From Eledone cirrhosa (taxonomy: Eukaryota): a DNA stretch of 38,926 nt. Positions 12,467 through 28,252 of this stretch are shown one piece after another. The stretch is taken from NCBI GenBank assembly GCA_964016885.1, contig CAXHJY010000164.1, positions 1 through 38,926 of the forward strand, given 5' to 3'. The position numbers and the translations under genes were made by a program. Each line of letters opens with the position of its first letter. Position 1 is the first letter of the stretch. Under the pieces are notes generated by a model. The model saw only the letters and a list, made by a program, of their open reading frames with translations, was not told the DNA's origin and searched no databases.

Positions 12467-12985
12467 TTCTGAGTATGTTTGTGTTTGTCTGTGTGGATCT
12501 GTTTTGTGTTTGTCAGTCTCTGTGTCAGACAGTGTATGTTTGTCTGTCTGTGTGTCTGCCTGTGTGTATTTGTCTGTCTGTATATATGTTTGTCTGTGTG
12601 TGTTTAGTATTATTTGCTTTTAACAATTTAAATACCTCGCTAGACATGATAGACACAAGACTTCTCGTTTTCCCCATTTCCAAATACCACAAATTTAATA
12701 TTGCTATAGATTACTAAGATTGCTGCACAAATTGAATCAACACGATAATTGCTCTTATTTTCAGTAGAAAAACGATATTCTACGATATCCTATCGTATCC
12801 TGTGACATCGTACGATATTATATAATATCGTTGTGTTGTTTGATTCGTCAATAAATACCACGTTAGTTATCTTATCGACAAGAAAATGTCATAGACTATT
12901 TTATGGCTTGTGTCATAGGAGATTAACTTTTTGATTTTGTAACAAATTTAGACTGTTATATAGATGAAATAATTATATATACTAG

Positions 12986-13336
12986 CAGAAAAACCACCCA
13001 GCGGCCGGTTTTTCTGCAAGTATGTGTAGTGTACATATTAATATTAAGAGTAAAGACCCGCTTCGGTCATGAATGAACGTGAAAAGAGGGGTTTTAGTCC
13101 CGAAATATCATAGATAAAACGAAAACCATCCTGCAGGCGGCTTTTCTGCAAGCATCTGTAGTGTGCATATTGATATTAAGAGTAAAGACCCGCTTCTGCC
13201 TTGAATGAACAGAGCATTTTAGTCCCGAAATATCATAGGTAAAACAAAAACTCCCCCTGCGGGCGCTTTTTTGTTGGCGTGTGTAGTGTGGATATTTATA
13301 TTAGAAGTAAAGACCCACTTCCGTCATAAATGATCC
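12986..13336. repeat. ~2.7 diverged tandem copies of a 125-135-bp unit containing the Helitron 3' hairpin
   Basis: Units start at ~12986, ~13121 and ~13246. They share tgtagtgt..atatt..gtaaagaccc.cttc..atga. Confidence 0.9.
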
Positions 13337-13343
13337 GCTTCCA

Positions 13344-13623
13344 GTTTCACTTTGATGGTGAATATTACACCTGTTTCACTTTGGAGGTGAATATTACACC
13401 AGTTACATTTTAGAGGTGAATATTACACCTGTTTCACTTTGGAGGTGAATATTACACCAGTTACATTTTAGAGGTGAATATTACACCTGTTTCACTTTGG
13501 AGGTGAATATTACACCTGTTTCACTTTGGAGGTGAATATTACACCTGTTTTACTTTGGAGGTGAATATTATACCTATTTCACTTTGGAGGTGAATATTAC
13601 ACCGGTTTCACTTTGGAGGTGAA
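13344..13623. repeat. 29-bp minisatellite, ~9.7 units (gtttcactttggaggtgaatattacacct)
   Basis: Exact 29-bp period. Each unit holds the near-palindrome AGGTG-AATATT-ACACCT. Confidence 0.97.
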
Positions 13624-13934
13624 AATTGGTATTTCCCATTATTTTGATATGTCTTGAATGAATATGGCCTTGAAAATGGTCGGAAATTAGCAAATAATCA
13701 TTTTGTAAAGGAGTTATGAAACAAAAACTGTAACTATACACTAAAAGCCACTTAAAACATTCAAAACATCAAAACATTAAAACGTCATAAATATATTCGC
13801 CACTCAAGAGAATTTCAAAACCACACCATTTAAATATGTCTTGATTACCTACCTTGGCGTATATATATCGATATAACTATATGTATGTATATTTATGTAT
13901 GAGTTCTCTCTCTCCCTCTCTCTCTCGCGCTCTC

Positions 13935-13971
<37 letters not shown>

Positions 13972-13998
13972 AGAGAGAGAGAGGGAGCTCGTACAGAA

Positions 13999-14114
<116 letters not shown>

Positions 14115-14404
14115 CTGTATGTACATATACACATATTCACAAACACACTCATATATCCATATATATATAGAGAGATTATCTAGCTCGGCGTATATATGTC
14201 TATATATGTATGTATATATATGCATGTATATATATGTATATATGTGTATGTATATGTATGTATATGTATGTATATGTATGTATATGTATATATATATGTG
14301 TATGACCTGCGAGATAATTTGAATATACCCGTGCTAATTGGCTTGCTGTATTAAAATTCAAAGCTAAGGCACTTTTCATTTCATTTTAAATACATTAATT
14401 ATAT

Positions 14405-15102
14405 GAAAAACAACAACAAAAACATACAAAAAACAACATAAAAAGAATAGCAAAACAACACTAAAAATAGCCGAAAATACAGCAAAAACAACAACAATAG
14501 AAAAAAACAGCAAAATCTACAGCAAAAAAACAGCAAAAAGACAACAGCTAAAAAAAAACAACGCAAAAAAACAACAGCAAAAACAACACAAAAAAACATC
14601 ACTAAAACAACAATAAAAACATGGAAAAACAACAACAAAAACACCAAAATCAACACCAGAAACAACACCAAAAATATCACCACAAACAACACAAAAAAAA
14701 ACAGCAAAACAACAACACCAAAAAAAACAACACAAAAAACAACACCAAAAACAACACCAAAAATATAACCAAACAACATAAAAACCTCACCACAAACAAC
14801 ATTAAAAACCTCACCACAAACAACACAAAAACCTCACCACAAACAACACAAAGATCTCACCACAAACAACACAAAAACCTCACCACAAACAACACAAAAA
14901 CCTCACCACAAACAACATTAAAAACCTCACCACAAACAACATTAAAAACCTCACCACAAACAACATTAAAAACCTCACCACAAACAACACAAAAACCTCA
15001 CCACAAACAACACAAAGATCTCACCACAAACAACACAAAAACCTCTCCACAAACAACATTAAAAACCTCTCCACAAACAACATTAAAAACCTCACCACAA
15101 AC
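14405..15102. repeat. AAC-rich low-complexity tract grading into a 23-24-bp minisatellite (aaaaacctcaccacaaacaacatt), ~14 units from ~14780
   Basis: Directly visible periodicity. Source of the KTSPQTTL ORF. Confidence 0.95.
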
Positions 15103-15369
15103 TCTATGAAAAATCATTATTGCTATCTTGGTGGACATCGCCATATAATTAACTGATGTAAAAATTTTGGTTTAAAAATTTTTTAATCTATGCAACAGTA
15201 CATTTCACGCTGTGTAGCTGATAACACACACACACACTTATATAGACACTTATACACACACACCTATACACGCACATACCTACATACTCATATACACACT
15301 TATACACACATACGCAAATCTATATATAATAATAAAAGGCTGGTAAGTTTTAAAAAGCCGATACAATGC

Positions 15370-15400
<31 letters not shown>

Positions 15401-15405
<5 letters not shown>

Positions 15406-15615
15406 AACGAGTAGGACCCCGACGGATGAGCTCAAGGCGTTTCGACGGCTAATTCTGGACAAAATTCTGGAGTAATTTAGTCCAGAATTAGCCGTCGAAA
15501 TGGCTTGAGCTCATCCGTCGGGGTCCTACTCGTTCTTATTACCCACTCTACTACCCTAAGTATTGAGTACTTTGGTGCGTTATGGTCCACCTGGTTCCTT
15601 ACCACATTTCCTTCG

Positions 15616-15617
<2 letters not shown>
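15401..15617 (+). mobile_element. Fold-back PLE-like end: 60-bp inverted repeat plus ~78-bp tail, in (TA)n
   Basis: 15401-15460 pairs with 15480-15539 (2 mismatches). The arm contains CGAAAY. The tail reads actctacta..tattgagtac..tgcg..acctgg..cttacc. Confidence 0.75.
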
Positions 15618-15664
<47 letters not shown>

Positions 15665-15719
15665 TCTGCGGTAGATATATATATATATATATTAAGGACT
15701 TAGCCATCTGAATATCTGC

Positions 15720-15756
15720 CTCCGACGAGACTCTCTGGGCGAAAAACGCGTGAGAG
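15720..15756 (+). ncRNA. Decayed hammerhead-like motif
   Basis: ctCCGACGAG-actctctggg-CGAAAAACGCGTGAGAG resembles CTGACGAG..CGAAACGCGTC with palindromic ACGCGT, but has several core mutations. Confidence 0.35.
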
Positions 15757-15825
15757 CTATATGAAGATATGTTTTAACGGGTTGTGACTCTTTAATTCAC
15801 TCATTCATTTGCTTATATATATATG

Positions 15826-15978
<153 letters not shown>

Positions 15979-15995
15979 ATATATATATGTATATA

Positions 15996-16044
<49 letters not shown>

Positions 16045-16071
16045 ATATATATATATATGTATATATATATG

Positions 16072-16199
<128 letters not shown>

Positions 16200-16363
16200 C
16201 ATATATATATATGATTGGCAAATAAATTAACTATGGAGATATAAATGATACAGAAGTGAAAACCAACCAAACAGTGAGTGCGTTTTGTTATTATTATTTC
16301 TAGGAAATTATAACAATATGACCCTCCCCAAGCATAACAATATTCATATAAAAAACCTTGCAA

Positions 16364-16433
<70 letters not shown>

Positions 16434-16712
16434 AACATAAATTATCGAGATTCGCATTTCGGCTCCCGAAATAACGAAAAAAACCTCTGAGATGTGAGGC
16501 AAGTGCTCAATGATTCAGATGAACCAGAGCTATAACAAACGTTAAAGGCCAAACACACTGAGACGATCGTTAAACAATCATTCGCATAGCCAAAAAAAAA
16601 CGATCAAGTAATTCGGGTATTGAAAATTATATATGTATAATATATAGAAGTAGTAACACAACAGTTAATTCACCATACTGAGAACAATTGTTTCAACTTT
16701 CAGTATTCTACC

Positions 16713-16845
<133 letters not shown>

Positions 16846-17090
16846 TATATATATATATATCTTTCTGTTGCTCGAAAGACAATACTTGTCATCTAATGAT
16901 TTGGAAAGGTCACTAAGATTATAAAATAACAGATTTTAAACACCAACAAATCATTCAAAGTCTTGTAAAATATAAGAAAATATTCTAAAGTGTTCTACAA
17001 TCTTTTACATCCGCCATTTATTATCAGAAAAGGAAACTATGAACGCCATGATGTAAAGTTAACGTTTAGCAAATTATTGAGGAATCTCTC

Positions 17091-17158
<68 letters not shown>

Positions 17159-17166
17159 GGTATCTA

Positions 17167-17389
<223 letters not shown>

Positions 17390-17850
17390 CATATATATAC
17401 ATATATATATATATGTATATATATGTATATATCTATATATATATGTATATATAAATATATATACATTCACAAATATTTATACAAACAATTATACATACAT
17501 CTATACAAATATATACATATATACACATACATGTACATCTATACATATATACAAAAATATAGACACATATACACAAATTTAAACAAACTTATACCCACAT
17601 ATACACATATACATACATATATACATATATATATATATGAATTTATTTATACACACACACACATATATATATATATATAGATGCATATATATATATACAT
17701 ATATATATATACAAATACACACACATATAAACACAAATATACACAAATATATAGAAATAATAGACAAATATATACACTTATACTCAAATATACGCATATA
17801 TATATATATGTAGAAATATAGACAAGAACAAATATATATATACATATATA

Positions 17851-18024
<174 letters not shown>

Positions 18025-18089
18025 GATAGATAGATGAATATATAGAACTATATACACACAAAATATATATAAAATAATATATAAAAATA

Positions 18090-18340
18090 TGCAAATAGGT
18101 CGACAAACATGGCGGATATTTGCAGAAGATTCACAGCGACTTCATCTCGTCTGTGATATTCACAAAGGAAATTCTTTAGTTTCCTTTTGCTACATTCATA
18201 ATACACGAATCATGCGTTCCAAAATTCCGAGAAGGTGAAACCGCCATTGAAACAATGGTCAGCAGCCTCACAAAATCTCGTGAGAATCACTTTTCCGTTT
18301 TGGTTTCCTCCACGCAATCTTGTTACGTATAAATATTCTC
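18090..18340. promoter_or_regulatory. Promoter/enhancer-like island
   Basis: AAACATGGCGG (18105) and CCGCCATTG (18241) YY1-type motifs, CATTG-aaa-CAATG inverted Sox-like pair, TCTCGTGAGA near-palindrome (18276) and TTCCG. Motif evidence only. Confidence 0.35.
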
Positions 18341-18383
18341 TCGCTCTCTGACTTTCCCCACCGAATCTCTCTATCTCTCCGCC

Positions 18384-18423
<40 letters not shown>

Positions 18424-18642
18424 CCTCTCTCACTCCCTCTCTCTCTCTCTGTCTCTTTCTCTGTATCTATCTATCTATCTCTCCGCCTGTCTCTCTATTT
18501 CTGCCTCTCACACATTCATTGACTCTCACTCTCTCTCCTTCATACACACACACTCACACACACACACACGTATATACACACATATATATATACTATTCTT
18601 TCTCTCTCTTACTCTGTCTCACACGCACACACACATATACAT

Positions 18643-18695
<53 letters not shown>

Positions 18696-18945
18696 CACAG
18701 AAACTTTATACACTTTATATACATTATATAGTTTATATACTTTATATATATAATATACTTTATATACTTTATATACATTATATAGATTATATACTTTATA
18801 TACTTTATATATAGTATAAAACTCTTTTTTAAAAGAATTGTCCTTCTCATTTTTGTCACAATAATGTCACTTTGACGAATCAAAGAAAAGGGGAAAAAAA
18901 GCAAAACAGATCCTTAAATATATTTTCCGTGCTGTTTCCAACTTC

Positions 18946-19045
<100 letters not shown>

Positions 19046-19449
19046 TATATATATATATATATATACTGCTACTCACACACATACAAACACACCCATATAT
19101 ATATGTATGTATTTAGGTATATATATTGGTATATATACATATACACACACACACAAACACACAGACACACACATATATATATTTAAGTCTATACAATCAA
19201 AGAACATTTCCCTACATTTAGGCAGCAGTGAAATATAGGAGAATCTTTCAGAAAATATCTTAATTACAAATGTGTAAACACACACACATACACACCCATA
19301 GACACCCAGACACATGCACATACACACCCATAGACACACACACACATATACACACCCATAGGCACACACACACACACAAACACATAGACACACATAGACA
19401 TACACAAACACATTTTTAAAATTTACCTTTGTAGGCGTGATTATTCAGA

Positions 19450-19640
<191 letters not shown>

Positions 19641-19727
19641 GTATATATATATATGTATATATATATACATATATATATATATTATATATTTATATATATA
19701 TTTATATATATATATATATATATGATA

Positions 19728-19812
<85 letters not shown>

Positions 19813-19839
19813 CATATATATTTATATATATATATTATG

Positions 19840-19885
<46 letters not shown>

Positions 19886-20552
19886 CATATAATATATATA
19901 TTTATATATATATATGTATAATATATATATACACATATATATATTACATATATATATACATATATATGTTATATTATATATATATACATTATATATATTT
20001 ACATTATATATATGTGTGTGTGAATTAATGACCATTGGTAAATTTAAAATTATAAATGTTCCTGGCAAATCGTTTGAAATATTTTGACTAGTTAACTAGA
20101 AACGGGGCATGCCCCCCCTCCACCATACATATATACACAGATATATATACATACATGCTTACATATACATATATACAGATATATATACACACACACATAT
20201 ATATATATATATGTATATATATATGGTATATATATATATATATATATAAATATATATACATACATATCTATGTATATATATATAAATATATATATATATA
20301 AATATATATAAATATATATATATTATATATATACAACATACATATGTATGTACGTATATATATATGTATATATCATTAAGTTTAATGAATTGCAAGAAAG
20401 TAAGCCACCAACAACAACATAATCGAACGCGTTCAAACCCCCCCATACAGGAATGCTATATATACATGAATATATTACACACACGCATACACATATATGT
20501 ATATATAAAGAGTGATAGATGTATATTATATATATATATACACGAACACACA

Positions 20553-20588
<36 letters not shown>

Positions 20589-20700
20589 GTATATAAATAT
20601 AGGAGAGAGAGGAAGATTTATATATATATATATACACACATGCACACACATATATTATATATATATATTATATATATATATATATATACACACACATATA

Positions 20701-20781
<81 letters not shown>

Positions 20782-20837
20782 CACACTCTTGAACACGTTC
20801 ATACTCATACACAAACATAGAAACATATGATGGAAAG

Positions 20838-20868
<31 letters not shown>

Positions 20869-21054
20869 CAATAATAATAAAAACAACAACAACAACACCA
20901 ACATGAAAACATAGAAAAACACAATAACCACAACAACAACGACAACAACAAGACGAAAAAGAAGAAGAAGCGAGCGATTATAGTGGTATATAAACCACTT
21001 TGTTTGATCAGAGATAATCTTAATGATTGCTTGAGAAGTATTTTTGAAGTAGGT

Positions 21055-21415
21055 GGCGCTGCTGGTGTTGGTGGTGTGGTGGAGTGGTGGTGGGAGAGGT
21101 TGAGATTTTTGATTGGTGGAGGAGGTGGTGGTGTGAGCTGAGTTGGAGTGGTGGGGAGAGGTGGTGAGGGAAGGTGGGTAGGTTTCGAGGTTGGGCGTGG
21201 TTGGTGGTGGCGGAGAGGATTAGGGGATTTTGATTGGTGGAGGAGGTGGTTGTGGGGTAGCGTGGGTAGGTTTCGAGGTTGGGCGTGGTTGGTGGTGGTG
21301 GAGAGGATTGGTGGCTTTTTTTATTGGTAGAGGAGGTGGAGGAGGTGGTGGAGAGAGGTGGTTAGGTTTGGAGGTTGGTGCTTTGCTGGTTGGTGGATGG
21401 TGGTTTGGTAGGGGA
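21055..21415. repeat. G/T-rich degenerate tandem repeat
   Basis: gtgggtaggtttcgaggttgggcgtggttggtggtgg occurs twice, 88 bp apart. tttKattggt.gaggaggtgg occurs three times. Confidence 0.85.
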
Positions 21416-21469
21416 GAATATATATGAGTAGCGCTGCACGGGGAGTTTGGTGCTCGTTAAGAGGAAGAC

Positions 21470-21506
<37 letters not shown>

Positions 21507-21532
21507 TATACTGTATATATATATATTTATAT

Positions 21533-21570
<38 letters not shown>

Positions 21571-21699
21571 GTATATATATATATATAGTATATATATATA
21601 TATATATATATATTATATTATACAGTATATATATATATAGTTTTGCGAGGTTTTTGATATGAAATCGTGTGTCGAAAACAAATATTGTTATACTTGTAT

Positions 21700-21741
<42 letters not shown>

Positions 21742-21743
21742 AT

Positions 21744-21780
<37 letters not shown>

Positions 21781-21914
21781 ATATATATATATATAACAAT
21801 ATATATATACACAATATATATAATATATATAATATATATATATATATAAATATATATAATAATACTATAATATATATATAACAATATATATATATATATA
21901 TAAACAATATATAT

Positions 21915-21964
<50 letters not shown>

Positions 21965-22452
21965 CTCGGACACAATAGAGAGAAAAAAAATAGAAACATT
22001 TGATTCCACCATTCCGATGACGCTACCTGAAGGCTTTCACTACCAAAGTAAGGAATCGTTCTGGTATATTCCTCGTCTAATCTCTCTTAGTTTTACGCTC
22101 TTTTAGACGTGTCAAATTTTCCTTGTTAAATATTCGCTGTATCGAACAGATAAGCATCCATCATAAAGATGGAAAGGTTATCAGGCAAAATGGATGCTAA
22201 ACCAAACCAAACCAAACCAAACCACAAACCGAACGAACCACCACCACCACCATCACCGCGGACGCCATCATCTTGAGATGGGAGATAATTTAGTGTAATT
22301 CCAATATTTGACCTTTACACAAGAAATTGCTGCTACTTAGAGAAAGAAAACACGGCCAACCCTTTCTTCTTCCTCTTTGCCTTCTTCTTCTTCTTCTTCT
22401 TCTTCTTCTTCTTCTTCTTCTTCTTCTTCTTCTTCTTCTTCTTCTTCTTCTT

Positions 22453-22483
<31 letters not shown>

Positions 22484-22516
22484 TCATTTTCACAATTATT
22501 GATATAACAACAACAA

Positions 22517-22566
<50 letters not shown>

Positions 22567-22570
22567 TCTA

Positions 22571-22601
<31 letters not shown>

Positions 22602-23413
22602 CAAAAGCACGTGGTTGCATAGCTACACTCGCTGCTCATAAATTATGTGCAAGGCCACTTAAACTGTTTGTAAGTCATTTCCCCACCACGTTATAGAGAT
22701 CAGGTTCACACACAAATGCATTAAACACATTTTAATATGTAATTAAGTTTAATTAATTACTTTCAGTTGCGAGGTTGTCTCCCCCTTGCTTTACTCTTTA
22801 GTAAAGTTTGATTATTGAAATAAACTGTGGTCGGTCGTGTCTTCTCACACATCATCGGCGTCATCGTTATCGTCATCGTCATAGTCATCGTCATCGCCAT
22901 CGTCATCGTCAGCGTTATTATCATCATCGTCATCATCATCATCATCATCGTCATCATCATCATCGCCATCATCATCATCAACGTGTGTCTATCACAATGT
23001 GTCAGCGTCGATTTGGTTGGTTGGGAGACGTCACATGACTCCTAAATGAGAGACATGTCAATCAGGTCCTGCATTGGTACCTATTGGAATATGCTAAGGG
23101 AACGTCCCAAGATCCTGTATTGGTAACCCCATGAAAGAAGCGAAGGGCAGACCAAAATCCTGTATTGGTGCTCTTTGGAAAGAGGCAAAGAGAATGTCCC
23201 CCCCACACACACATGATATATATATATATATATGATGTGTGTGTGGGGACGTGTATATATATATATATATATATACAATAAAATATGTCCATAGAACCAT
23301 TTGATAAAATATATACACCATCTCCTCTCCCAATCACCATAATCAACCACACAAAAACCCAATTAAACCAGGTTATAAGATTAAAAGGCATGAAGAGATA
23401 ATAGATAAATATA

Positions 23414-23459
<46 letters not shown>

Positions 23460-23659
23460 TATATATATATGTATAAATATACATTTTAATATAAATATAC
23501 ATATATATATTTATATAAGTATACATATATATGTGAAAATAAATATACATGAATATATTATATATATATTTATATATGTATATTAATATATATATACATA
23601 CATATATATACTTATACAATATATTAATAAATGGAAACTATATTTATAAAACCATATTT

Positions 23660-23720
23660 ATTTTATTATACATATTTCAAGGGCAACCAAGGCAAATTAT
23701 GGTGCGCTTCTTCAGATGAA
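23660..23720 (-). ncRNA. Degenerate hammerhead-like motif
   Basis: Minus strand reads CTGAAGA-AGCGCACC..GGTTGCCCTT-GAAA-TAT-GTA-TAATAAAATAAA. Helix II is imperfect and helix I is not evident. Confidence 0.4.
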
Positions 23721-24261
23721 ATACAGATTTGTTTCATAAATAAATATTGACATACCCGGGAAAAAGACAACATTAACGGTTGGAGCTTCCTGGACTTACT
23801 TGTTGAGTGCTTTATATCAGTTATAAAAATGTTTAAGCTTGTTGAATCCCCAAAAATTAAATATAACCTCTGCATATATATACTTATATATATATTAATA
23901 TGAAAATACAGATGAATAACATAAAGAGTATATTTTAAAAATTAAACAATATATATATTCATTTTCTGTTCGTGTATGTTTGAATACATACACACATATA
24001 GCCACACACAAACACATATATACATACATATATACACACATATATACACACATATATACACACATATATACACACATATATACATATATAATTCGAGGAT
24101 AGATATTTTATTTTATTTTCTTTCTTTAATATCCTTTTGCACATAAAAATATGATGAATATCATAGAGAGAAAAAAAATGAAATATAAACTCCATTTAAA
24201 AAAAAAATGTATATTTTATATACAAAATATATTAGAAAATATATTACAAAATAGCGAAAAT

Positions 24262-24304
<43 letters not shown>

Positions 24305-24318
24305 ATATATATATATAT

Positions 24319-24367
<49 letters not shown>

Positions 24368-24491
24368 TATATATGTATATATATATATTATATATATACA
24401 CACACACAGAAAGATTTTTTGTATATATATATATACAATTGTATATATGCATATGCCCCTGTATATATATGTATATATATATATATATATT

Positions 24492-24549
<58 letters not shown>

Positions 24550-24578
24550 TGAATATATATATGTAAGTATATAAATAA

Positions 24579-24650
<72 letters not shown>

Positions 24651-24687
24651 TATATATATATTAAATATATATGTATATATGTATATA

Positions 24688-24793
<106 letters not shown>

Positions 24794-24810
24794 ATATATA
24801 TATATATATA

Positions 24811-24864
<54 letters not shown>

Positions 24865-24883
24865 ATATATATATATGTATATA

Positions 24884-24914
<31 letters not shown>

Positions 24915-25047
24915 GAGAAATGAGCAATCGGAAAACGTATATTTGACATTTTTGAAAATATTTTAAAGCACAAAAGCTATAACAAGAAGACCAGCAACTA
25001 AACTCCTCAGCAGGAGTATAGTACTACTGCTACTACTACTACTACTG

Positions 25048-25079
<32 letters not shown>

Positions 25080-25110
25080 GCTACTGCTACTACTACTGGT
25101 GGTGGTGCTG

Positions 25111-25175
<65 letters not shown>

Positions 25176-25266
25176 GGTGCTGCTGCTGCTACTACTACTA
25201 CTACTACTACTACTGCTGCTGCTGCTACTACTACTACTGCTGCTGCTGCTACTACTACTACTCCTC

Positions 25267-25309
<43 letters not shown>

Positions 25310-25625
25310 AATAATAACAATTTGAAAACGTTCACTGCTTCCATACACAAATTTACACACACACATATCTATATGTATGTATATATAGATATATATGTGT
25401 GTGTGTACAGGCATGCATATATACACACATATACACATGTACACAAGCACACACATACACCCACACATATACACATATATACACGCACGCACATACACAC
25501 ACACACGCACATATATACAGTATATATATACATAAGTGTGTGTGTACAGATATGCATATACACACACACATATATACACACGCACCCACATATATATGTG
25601 TGTGTGTGGGTGTACATACACACAG

Positions 25626-25660
<35 letters not shown>

Positions 25661-26013
25661 CACACAATATTTAGCAGTGAAATACCAAAATCTAGATGAA
25701 ATATCAAATGATATATTTAAAAAAAACCACATCCACCATTTCCAACAAAAAAATATATTAAATAAAACAAAAATACCAACAACAATAATATAGATAACAT
25801 CAATAACAACAACACCAACAACAACTACAACAACATCAACAACAACTACAACAGCCTTAGCAATAATCAAAGGAGCCTTAGTAACAAATGTTCCCTCCTC
25901 CTGCTAAAATGGAAAATGGCGGAGAGGGGGAAAAAATGGAAAAATGGTTAATATGAAATTTCGTGAAACTATAAACAATTTTTCGATAAAGATATATATT
26001 ATGATAAAACAAT

Positions 26014-26081
<68 letters not shown>

Positions 26082-26388
26082 TGTGCGTGTGTGTACATGT
26101 CACACATACATATACATGACACAGACATATATATATGTGTGTATGTATGTATGACACATACATATGTCATATATATATATATATGTATGTATGTATGACA
26201 CATACATATGTCATATATATATGTATCAATACTCGTATTTTAAAATAAATATATATATGTATATATATATGATATATGTATATGAGAAAAAAAAAAATGT
26301 ATATTTATTCAAATATATTTATTCAAATATACACACTCGTAATTTTAGATGAATACATATATGTGTATATATATGACACATATGTATA

Positions 26389-26448
<60 letters not shown>

Positions 26449-26524
26449 AATACGTGTTTGTGAGTATGATACATATATATATATATATATATACTTACTT
26501 ACATGTATATATATTTAAATATAA

Positions 26525-26561
<37 letters not shown>

Positions 26562-26594
26562 CATACATATATATATATATTTAAATATATATAT

Positions 26595-26640
<46 letters not shown>

Positions 26641-26925
26641 ATATACATACATATATATATAACATGAAAAAAAATAAATTTAGTAATACTCAGAAAACAG
26701 CTGCGTTTTTCAGTAATGAGAACCAACATAAATACATCAACATCAGTCGTATACATATCATTTAAATCCGCCGATTAAAGACCGCAGCATGAAACTTTTG
26801 AGATGATATTCCGAAATATGTGGTCGCCATTTTGTGGCTTATGTTATTTACTTTATATTGCATCGTATTGCTGAGTTTTAAAAATAAAATTTCGTTATCT
26901 TTATTATTATTATTATTATTATTAT

Positions 26926-27238
26926 GAAAGATGGGTGAGAGAAGCAAGTATGGCCCGAGTGAATGGACCTACTCTGAGTATGTGTCTGTAAATTAAAGGT
27001 GGAAAACTGGGAGAGGGAACTTGCCCTGGTGGTCAGTGTCACTGTGGCCTTTTAATGGGCTTTCTCCACAAATGTCCCTCGGAAGTCTCCCCCCTATTGG
27101 GGAATTTTTCATTGTTATTTTTTATTACATCCTCTGTTTTTTTTACACGCAGAAATGCCCATTTGTACCGTCCTGTATTGTCCTGTACTGTCCTTAATGT
27201 CTACTTTATGTAAACTCTTGTGGTTAATAAAGAAAGCA

Positions 27239-27269
<31 letters not shown>

Positions 27270-27270
27270 T
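26926..27270 (+). mobile_element. 5'-truncated LINE (L1/Tx1-like) 3' end inserted in (ATT)n
   Basis: Residual reading frame ERWVREASMARVNGPTLSMCL* (26926-26991), then a 3' UTR, AATAAA and an (ATT)n tail. The last ~145 bp recur at 36755-36915. Clade assignment is from recall. Confidence 0.7.
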
Positions 27271-27518
27271 ATCATTCTTCTTCTTCTTCTTAAACCTATT
27301 TCGTTTATGTTATATACCCTTGTATATAAATGAGTTAGGTATGTTTATAATTTTACATATATAACCACACACACATATACATACACACATATATATATAC
27401 ATACATATATAAATATATATATATATATATATACACACACATATATATATATTCATATACATATACATATATATATATATACATATACATATATATATAT
27501 ACTCACACATATATATAC

Positions 27519-27565
<47 letters not shown>

Positions 27566-28023
27566 CATATATATATATATATCTCGGGAATTTTACCCGC
27601 CTTAGATATATATATATATATGTATATATATATATGTACATACATATAAATATATATATATATATATGCATATATACAAATAAATATAATATATATGCAT
27701 AAGTATACAAATAAATACATATGTATATACACATATATCTATGTTTCTAACTGCACGGACACACACATTAAAATGTATTATATATATATATATATATATT
27801 GGTAAACGGAATAGAAAATGCTGACAAATTGTTCACAGTTGAAAAATGGTTTAATTAGGAATAAAAGAGTATTAGTGATTGTATGGGTTAGTATTCAGTT
27901 GTGGTTTTAAGTTTTTAAGTTTTTACCGGTTGCGCATTTCTAAATGCTTTTCAAAAATAATTTTGAGATAGAGTGTCCGTGCTGTTTGCTCTGATCTGAG
28001 TATATATATATATACTCACACAC

Positions 28024-28240
<217 letters not shown>

Positions 28241-28252
28241 TAAAAAAAAAAT

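Larger units (their letters stand above)
12982..13871 (-). mobile_element. Non-autonomous Helitron (~890 bp)
   Basis: On the minus strand it begins A|TC (13871) and ends CTAG|T (12982). A subterminal hairpin gcagaaaaacc/ggtttttctgc (12985-13017) and internal tandem repeats are present. The 5' boundary is less certain. Confidence 0.7.

Noticed and set aside
13344-13623. 29-bp palindromic repeat resembling a CRISPR direct repeat
   Set aside because: The units are head-to-tail with no spacers, there are no cas genes, and the context is eukaryotic.
14621-15109. Mucin-like KTSPQTTL ORF
   Set aside because: Mixed 23/24-bp units shift frame, as expected for a non-coding minisatellite.
22010-22085. 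Minus-strand TAGACGA...GAAAG...GTC hammerhead-like pattern
   Set aside because: Too many core deviations and helix II does not abut GAAA.
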